This document shows positions 55,622-64,000 of a stretch of 64,000 bases of DNA, piece by piece (the first letter of the stretch is position 1; each line of letters opens with the position of its first letter). The notes under the pieces are model-generated. The model made no database searches. It was not told the DNA's origin and saw only the letters and a list, made by a program, of their open reading frames with translations. Source of the stretch: Macrostomum lignano (lineage: Eukaryota); NCBI GenBank assembly GCA_002269645.1, contig NIVC01003316.1:1-64000 (forward strand), read 5' to 3'. The position numbers and the translations under genes are program-made.

Positions 55622-56732
55622 TCTGACCCCATATGAGAGTCTCCCTCTGACCCCATCTGGGAGTCGCCCTCTGACCCCATCTGAGAGTCGCCCTCTGACC
55701 CCATCTGAGAGTCGCCCTCTGACCCCATCTGAGAGTCGCCCTCTGACCCCATAAGAGAATCGCCCTTTGACCCCATATGAGAGTCGCCCTCTGACCCCAT
55801 ATGAGAGTCGCCCTCTGACCCCATCTGAGAGTCGCCCTCTGACCCCATATGAGAGTCTCCCTCTGACCCCATCTGAGAGTCGCCCTCTGACCCCATATGA
55901 GAGTCTCCCTCTGACCCCATATGAGAGTCGCCCTCTGACTCCATAAGAGAATCGCCCTCTGACCCCATCTGAGAGTCGCCCTCTGACCCCATATGAGAGT
56001 CTCCCTCTGACCCCATCTGAGAGTCGCCCTCTGACCCCATATGAGAGTCTCCCTCTGACCCCATATGAGAGTCGCCCTCTGACTCCATAAGAGAATCGCC
56101 CTCTGACCCCATCTGAGAGTCGCCCTCTGATCCCATAAGAGAATCGCCCTCTGACCCCATCTGAGAGTCGCCCTCTGACCCCATAAGAGAATCGCCCTCT
56201 GATCCCATCTGAGAGTCTCCCTCTGACCCCATATGAGAGTCGCCCTCTGACCCCATAAGAGAATCGCCCTCTGACCCCATATGAGAGTCTCCCTCTGACC
56301 CCATCTGAGAGTCGCCCTCTGACCCCATCTGAGAGTCGCCCTCTGACTGAGAGTCGCCCTCTGATCCCATCTGAGAGTCGCCCTCTGACCCCATGAGAGA
56401 ATCGCCCTCTGACCCCATCTGAGAGTCGCCCTCTGACCCCATGAGAGAATCGCCCTCTGACCCCATCTGAGAGTCGCCTTCTGACCCCATCTGAGAGTCG
56501 CCTTCTGACCCCATCTGAGAGTCGCCCTCTGACCCCATGAGAGAATCGCCCTCTGACCCCATATGAGAGTCTCCCTCTGACCTCATATGAGAGTCTCCCT
56601 CTGACCCCATGAGAGAATCGCCCTCTGACCCCATGAGAGTCGCCCTCTGACCCCATCTGAGGGTCGCCCTCTGACCCCATGAGAGTAGCCCTCTGACCCC
56701 ATCTGAGAGTCGCCCTCTGACCCCATGAGAGT
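55622..56732. repeat. 24-bp minisatellite (CTCTGACCCCATCTGAGAGTCGCC)n
   Basis: About 46 copies. Confidence 0.96.
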
Positions 56733-57260
56733 CAGCCCTTAATCCCTAGAAAGTGGCCTCTGACCCCCATTGAGTTTGGTCAATCACCGGCATTATAATT
56801 TCACAAAAAGTGTACCTACTCATTTTAGTACTACATATTGCCTTTTGCGAATAAATTTGTCAGAAAAAATGTTTCGACTTTTTACCAACGCTCTGCTCAG
56901 CTACTGAATTTGCATAGCAACTAACTTCAGAGTTTTGACAGTAGGTCTATTCTAGGTCTGCTTGCAGCGCCTAGTTGTCCTGCAGAAGACAATTTGTCTG
57001 CGTTGTGGCTTTTATGATTTTTTATAAATTCTTCCAAAATGTTTAAATAATAACACCAACTGACAATGCTCATAGCTGCACAGGACTGGGAGTGAAAGAC
57101 TGGCACATGGCTGACTTTTTTATCTTTTTTTTACTACTGCTGCTGATACTACTGTTAATAAGTATAATATACTACTGCTATGCATTGCTCATTTTAGTGT
57201 ATTTATAATCTTGTGTGCATGTGCTCCATCCGAAGCCCGGCACTCACCAGTTTTCTATAG

Positions 57261-57306
57261 ATATCCCGCCTCATCTGTGGCCCAGCATCCCCAGCTTCAC
57301 CTATGC
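57261..57306 (+). CDS. Candidate small exon, possibly of the zinc-finger gene
   Basis: ttttctatAG acceptor and GTGAGT donor. In frame with a donor at 54928 it reads RYPASSVAQHPQLHLC. Confidence 0.35.
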
Positions 57307-57645
57307 GTGAGTGCTTGTACTCCCTTTGTCATTTCATATTTCATATTGCAAATAAACACACGCATAGCCTATGCAGAACTTGACAGTTGCGTCCCTGACA
57401 GTTCTGATTGAGACAGACCTTTCCTTGCTCATGATGATCACTTTTTCAATCTGTTAACCGTCTGTCCGCCATCCAGATCGAGATTGTAGTGATCGTTTGT
57501 GCACTTTAACAGACACGGGCACTTCGATAACAAAATTACCTCTGCTATTGGTTTTATCGACTATTTATTTTTTATTTATTGTCCTTTGCGTTTTAAGTCC
57601 ACGTCTGGATATTCAATAAATCGTCCTTTCGGGCCAGGATAGAAA

Positions 57646-58645
57646 GTGTCAGGATCGGAATCGTCAGAATTGGGAATTGTCAGGATTGGAATTGTCAGGA
57701 TTGGAATTGTCAGAATAGGAATTGTCAGGATTGGAATTGTCAGAATAGGAATTGTCAGGATTGGAATTGTCAGGATTGGAAATGTCAGGATTGGAATTGT
57801 CAGAATAGGAATTGTCAGGATTGGAATTGTCAGGATTGGAAATGTCAGGATTGGAATTGTCAGGATTGGAAGTGTCAGGATTGGAATTGTCAGGATTGGA
57901 AGTGTCAGGATTGGAATTGTCAGAATAGGAATTGTCAGGATTGGAATTGTCAGGATTGGAAATGTCAGGATCGGAATCGTCAGGATTGGAAATGTCAGAA
58001 TTGGAACTGGCAGATTTGGGAATTGTCAGGATTGGAATTGTCAGGATTTGAATTGTCAGGATTTGAATTGTCAAGATTGGAATTTTCAGAATAGGAATTG
58101 TCAGGATTTGAATTGTCAGGATTGGAATTGTCAGGATTGGAATTGTCAGAATAGGAATTGTCAGGATTGGAAATGTCAGGATTGGAAATGTCAGGATTGG
58201 AAGTGTCAGGATTGGAAATGTCAGGATTGGAAGTGTCAGGATTGGAAATGTCAGGATTGGAAGTGTCAGGATTGGAAATGTCAGGATTGGAAATGTCAGG
58301 ATTGGAATTGTCAGGATTGGAATTGTCAGGATTGGAAGTGTCAGGATTGGGAAGTGTCAGGATTGGAAGTGTCAGGATTGGAAGTGTCAGGATTGGAATT
58401 TTCAGGATTGGAAGTGTCAGGATTGGAAGTGTCAGGATTGGAAGTGTCAAGATTGGAAGTGTCAGGATTGGAAGTGTCAGGATTGGAAGTGTCAGGATTG
58501 GAAGTGTCAGGATTGGAATTGTCAGGATCGGAAGTGTCAGGAGAGGAATTGTCAGGATTGGGAAGTGTCAGGATTAAAATTGTCAGGATTGGAATTGTCA
58601 GGATTGGAATTGTCAGGATTGGAAGTGTCAGGATTGGGAAGTGTC
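57646..58645. repeat. 15-bp minisatellite (GTCAGGATTGGAA[TT/GT/AT])n
   Basis: Direct tandem repetition. Confidence 0.95.
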
Positions 58646-59164
58646 GAGACTGAGAAGTGCTCAAGATCCCTGGCTCGCTTCTATTTCCAAGCAATCTTGT
58701 CTGACACGAAGGCTGTTTATCCCCAACGTGGTGACTCGCGCTTGGGGAGCTGGAATTGATCGAAAATTTCAAACCGTCTTGGATATTCACTGCTGCCCAG
58801 TGACAGTCCGGTGGATGCTTTTAGTTGTAAACTGTGGAATTTCCTTTTTTGAAGAAGGCAGAAGCAGACGCTTGCAAGGAAAACGATGAGTGATGGCGAT
58901 GTAAACAGGGGAGATCGAACGTATGGAGGCGCAGTCTGTTTATTGCGCACTTCTGCTTTCGAAAGCATGAGCTGCAGAAGTCGCCTTAGTAGGCTGACTG
59001 CAGAAGCAGATCTGTCGATAGCGCGAGGTTGAAAGGCCGCAGAGTGTCATGCGCACTGTGCCTGAACTTCGGCTATGAAATCGTGGCCGAATTCCTGTCG
59101 CTTAGCCGCCCTACATATTTTTTCCTGTCTAGATGCACCTAACAGCCGCTCCTACTGGCACATC

Positions 59165-59690
59165 CAATCTACCACACCAATCTACCAAACCGCTGACCCA
59201 ATTTGCCAACCGCTCCACCAATCTACCAAACCGCTCATCCAATCTACCAAATCGCTCATCCAATCTACCAGATTGCTTATCCAATCAACCAAACCGCTCC
59301 AAAAATCTACCAAACTGCTCCTTTAATCTACCAAACCGCTCCACCAATCTACCAAACTGATCCTACACTCTACCAGATTGCTTATCAAATCTACCAAACC
59401 GCTCTACCAATCTACCAAACTGCTCCTACAATCTACCAGATTGCTTATCCAATCTACCAAACCGCTCCAGCCATGTACCAAACGCTTCTCCAATCTACCG
59501 AACTGCTCCTCCAATCTGCCCGATTGCTTATCCAATCCAATCTACCAAACCGCTACTCCAATCTACCAAACCGCTCCACCAATCTACCAAACCGCTCATC
59601 CAATCTACTAAGCCGCTCCACTAATCTACCAAACCGCGCATCCAATCTACCAAACCGCTCCACCAATCTACCAAACCGCAATCCAATCTA
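59165..59690. repeat. 21-bp minisatellite (CAATCTACCAAACCGCTCATC)n
   Basis: Direct tandem repetition. Confidence 0.92.
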
Positions 59691-59975
59691 CACAATACTT
59701 ACCTAGGCTGGCTAACCTCATACTTGGGCGCCAGAAAGCCGCATACAGGAGGTGCAGCATAATGCATTGATACTGCAGAACCAATTGGCTGCCCAAGCGC
59801 CCAGCCAATGGCAGCGGCAGCCAATAATTCCTTCTCGCCGACCCATTTTATACTGCCTGAGCAGGGGGATAATCCCAAGTCATTGTCGCATTAGATCGAG
59901 AGGGATCTTCGGAAATTAAATTATGCCTGATATTTGTGTTCAATAAAAGATTGAAGATCTGAGACACTTCTAAAG

Positions 59976-60133
59976 TCCACCTCGAGATCGGTCAAAATAC
60001 TCTGGATCGGAGGATGCAGCACAGCCATCTTTCCACGGCTGGCGCTCCGGCTGCTGGAACCTGCGAGGACGATCTGTGCAGCTGCAGCAGTAGCTATGCT
60101 GAGTTCGCTGCCGCTGCTAGGAGACTCAATATG
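59976..60133 (+). CDS. Candidate exon, gene assignment unknown
   Basis: cttctaaAG acceptor and ATG|GTGAGG donor. Open in two frames, e.g. HLEIGQNTLDRRMQHSHLS...ARRLNM. Confidence 0.3.
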
Positions 60134-60648
60134 GTGAGGCTGGGATGAGTATGGAGAAGCTGGGGTGAGCATGATGAAGCTGGGGTGAGTATGGTGAGGC
60201 TGGGGCTGGGGTGAGCTTGGTGAAACTGGGATGAGTATGGTTAGGCTTAGAGGGAGTTAGGGTTAAGATGAGCATGATAAGACTGGAATGACTATAATGA
60301 TTATGATAGCTGGGATGACTATGATGCAGTTGGCATAGACTATGATGAAGCTAGGATAGATTATGATGAAGCTAGGATAGATTATGATGAAGCTAGGACA
60401 GATTATGATGAAGCTAGGATAGATTATCATGAAGCTGGGATAGATTATGATGAAGCTAGGATAGACTATGATGAAGCTAGGATAGATTCTGATGAAGCTA
60501 GGATAGACTATGATGAAGCTAGGATAGATTCTGATGAAGCTAGGATATATTCTGATGAAGCTAATCATAATGATGAAGCTAGGACAGATTGTGATGAAGC
60601 TAGGATAGATTATCATGAAGCTGGGATAGACTATGATGAAGCTGGGGA
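60131..60648. repeat. 20/21-bp minisatellite grading from ATGGTGAGGCTGGGATGAGT to ATGATGAAGCTAGGATAGATT
   Basis: Direct tandem repetition with polarised drift along the array. Confidence 0.9.
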
Positions 60649-61169
60649 TGCGGCAGGTCCTTGGCGTTAAGCCAGACTCATGGGAAACAAGGAAAATTTG
60701 AATTTTTACAGGAAGCAAGCAGACTATTCCTTTATTTAACCCAAAAAAGAATCAACGGTGGAAATTTTTTTTCAAAATTTCTGTCCCAGTGCGTTTTGCA
60801 TATTTTGTTTTTACTCTTGCTGACCGACCGACTTGCGCCTCCGGCCTGCGCTTCCCTGCTGGCAAAAATTCTGGCGGCGAACAAATTTAATAGAAACTCT
60901 TGTCCCAGAATTGCGGCTATGCAGCTGATCGTCACGCAACTGGGCCCAGTATTCCTCTTTATTATTCTCGTAATTTTCATTTTTAATCGAATGCTTGTCT
61001 GCCTTCTTCGGCGCCCTCTGTCGGCTGCTAATTCAATACGCGATTAATCCCTCTGTGCTCTTGTAAAAAACCGGCTCTCAGAGCCTTGTGCGACTCAAAT
61101 CCCCCATTTCAAATCCACTACTCAGCTTTTAAAAGCTTTTTCAATTGATGCAGTAGTCTCTCAGATAGA

Positions 61170-61509
<340 letters not shown>

Positions 61510-62394
61510 TGCTGAGACAGGCACCCAGGCAGTTGGACAGGCAGTAAGACAGATACAAAGACATTTAGGCAGGCAGGCAGACTCAGGAGTGCTGCTCTCC
61601 GTTATCCAAGCAGAAGCGAAACTGACTCAACTGTAAAATGCCCCCCGAGAGACCGCCAATGAAAGGCGCATACAGCATCTGAATGCAATGCGGAGATCCC
61701 TAACGCATTAATAATTCAACAATGCAATGGTTTAGAGAGACAGAAGACGCAGGCTTACATGCCCTACGGTGGTCAGCTTGTGCCGGATTCAGCTTCTGCC
61801 AGAGAGAGCAGAGACTGCTGCTGTAGGCTCTGATGGAACCAGTAGAGATCAGGCTGGCTGATGCTGAGGGCAGGGCAGAAGGCCCGCCCCACAGCGCACG
61901 TCAGATGGCGCTGTCAGTCAGTCAGCGGCCTAAAACTGGTAGCTGGTAGCAGCCAAAGTGCCGCTAATTTCGCGCCATTTAGCAATGTGTTTTGTTTATA
62001 GCTGCGACTCTGCGATGTCCGGCTTGATTGATGTCCGCCCCAATGCTATCAGTTGCTGCGCATCGAGAGACACAGAAAGACAGGCAGGCGCAAGACGGAG
62101 TACAGGAAGATGCCAAAACAGAGAGTCATAGCCCCATTTTCTGCTTTCAGAACAAAAAAGCTGCTTGCTTCTGTCACTTCCATTGCTTCTCTAAAAGCAG
62201 AAAAAAATTCCAAATTTTGTCGCCCGGCCCATGTCCTGCCCCTATTCTCTCTGCTCTACCTGCTTCTTCCAGTCGAAATCTCCCATCTCTTCAATCCCCT
62301 ATTTCCCCCACTCTCCCCGGGCTTGCGCGCTCCGTGCATCAGGTTCAATTTTACTATATTGGCTCTCTTAAACTGCCCGAATCTCCCCCGTTGT

Positions 62395-63470
62395 CATATC
62401 CCCTCTCTGCCTCTCTCATCTCCCCTCTCTGCCTCTGTCATCTCCCCTCTCTGCCTCTCTCATCTCCCCTCTCTGCCTCTCTCATCTCCCCTCTCTGCCT
62501 CTCTCATCTCCCCTCTCTGCCTCTCGTCTCCCCTCTCTGCCTCCCATCTCCCCTCTCTGCCTCTCTCATCTCCCCTCTCTGCCTCTGTCATCTCCCCTCT
62601 CTGCCTCTCTCATCTCCCCTCTCTGCCTCTCTCATCTCCCCTCTCTGCCTCTCTCATCTCCCCTCTCTGCCTCTCTCATCTCCCCTCTCTGCCTCTCTCA
62701 TCTCCCCTCTCTGCATCTCTCATCTCCCCTCTCTGCCTCTCATCTCCCCTCTCTGCCTCCCATCTCCCCTCTCTGCCTCTCTCATCTCCCCTCTCTGCCT
62801 CTCTCATCTCCCCTCTCTGCCTCTCATCTCCCCTCTCTGCCTCTCTTATCTCCCCTCTCTGCCTCCCATCTCCCCTCTCTGCCTCTCATCTCCCCTCTCT
62901 GCCTCTCTCATCTTCCCTCTCTGCCTCTCTCATCTCCCCTCTCTGCCTCTCTCATCTCCCCTCTCTGCCTCTCATCTCCCCTCTCTGCCTCTCTTATCTC
63001 CCCTCTCTGCCTCCCATCTCCCCTCTCTGCCTCTCATCTCCCCTCTCTGCCTCTCTCATCTCCCCTCTCTGCCTCTCAGATCTCCCCTCTCTGCCTCTCA
63101 TCTCTTTTCTCTGCCTCTCATCTCCCCTCTCTGCCTCTCTCATCTCCCTTCTCTGCCTCTCATCTCTTTTCTCTGCCTCTCATCTCCCCCCTCTCTGCCT
63201 CTCTGCCTCTCTCATCTCTCATATCCCCTCTCTGCCTCTGCCTCTCTCATCTCTCATATCTCGTCTCTGCCTCTGCCTCTCTCATCTCTCATATCCCCTC
63301 TCTGCCTCTCATCTCCCCTCTCTCATCTCTCATATTTCCACTCTGCCTCTCTCATTTCCCCTCTCTAACTCTCTCATCTCCCCTCTTTGCCTTTCTCATC
63401 TCCTCTCTCTGCCTCTCTCATCTCTGCCTGTCTCCTCTCTTCCCCTCTGCCTCTCATCTCCCCCTCCCCC
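62395..63470. repeat. 22-bp pyrimidine-rich minisatellite (CTCTCTGCCTCTCTCATCTCCC)n
   Basis: Direct tandem repetition. Confidence 0.93.
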
Positions 63471-64000
63471 CTCTCAAAATTTAACTTCACGCAGTCTTTC
63501 AAACCGCAGCAACTCCCGCACACAGAGTGCTGCAATACTCTCTAATGGCCTACTAAGTCTATAAATTAATGTCTAAGAGCATTCAGGAACTTGGGGCATC
63601 AGAGATCAGGAAATTGGCGCGCATCCCTGATATATAAATAAGTATATAAGACTTAATGAAATTAGGTTGACCACCTACCTTCACATATAATATTCGTACT
63701 AAGTAATACACAAGCCAGTACACTATGATATTGCCATCTCTCTCTCACTCTCAGGTGTGCTGTTTCTTGTCCTACACCTCTGATTAGCAGGTAGATGTGT
63801 GGCTACAAAGCAGGCAGTAGGCCAGGCCTGAGAAGCGATCAATACCTCATCACTCCAGCCAGGCGCGGACCTGTTAAGAGAGGCGGGCTTTGAAAAAAAC
63901 TACCTTAATTTTTTTACATTGTTCGCTCGCCACTGCTAAGCTTGAAAACTTGAGCTTGGATGGCTACTCAATCAACTCCTCCAGGGGCTGGGCGAAGAGT

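Noticed and set aside
55469-58653. ORFs (MGSEGDSQ)n, (IGIVR)n and (CQDWK)n that look like repeat proteins
   Set aside because: Unit lengths of 24 and 15 bp leave several frames open on both strands; no unique coding flanks or splice support.
59780-59852. Three CCAAT boxes and a TATA-like sequence as a promoter
   Set aside because: The TATAAAA is on the opposite strand and on the wrong side of the CCAAT boxes; no supported downstream gene start.

Overview
This is animal genomic DNA, not prokaryotic: it has GT-AG introns and very dense micro- and minisatellites. That style resembles the flatworm Macrostomum, but the species is only an inference. The window has three parts. (1) 1-30 kb is a mosaic of about 20 tandem arrays, including a ~1.4 kb (GATA)n, separated by short unique segments with no gene I can assemble. 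(2) Two head-to-head genes: on the minus strand (33166-30031) an IRAK/Pelle-like gene encoding a death domain, a proline linker and two tandem non-RD kinase domains, both with DFG replaced by DLD; on the plus strand (from 48960) an 8-finger C2H2 gene with a ZFP91/ZNF276-like array and at least one downstream exon the ORF track missed. (3) Between them lies an AT-rich 15 kb transposon nest: two hAT MITEs with 8-bp TSDs, a non-autonomous LTR element with a 4-bp TSD, a full-length degenerate mariner, an RTE-like LINE remnant and a short 28S rRNA-like segment. Most ORFs in the supplied track are artefacts of tandem repeats. The strongest leads are the death-domain tandem kinase and the minisatellites that grow out of exon-intron junctions and multiply 5' splice sites.
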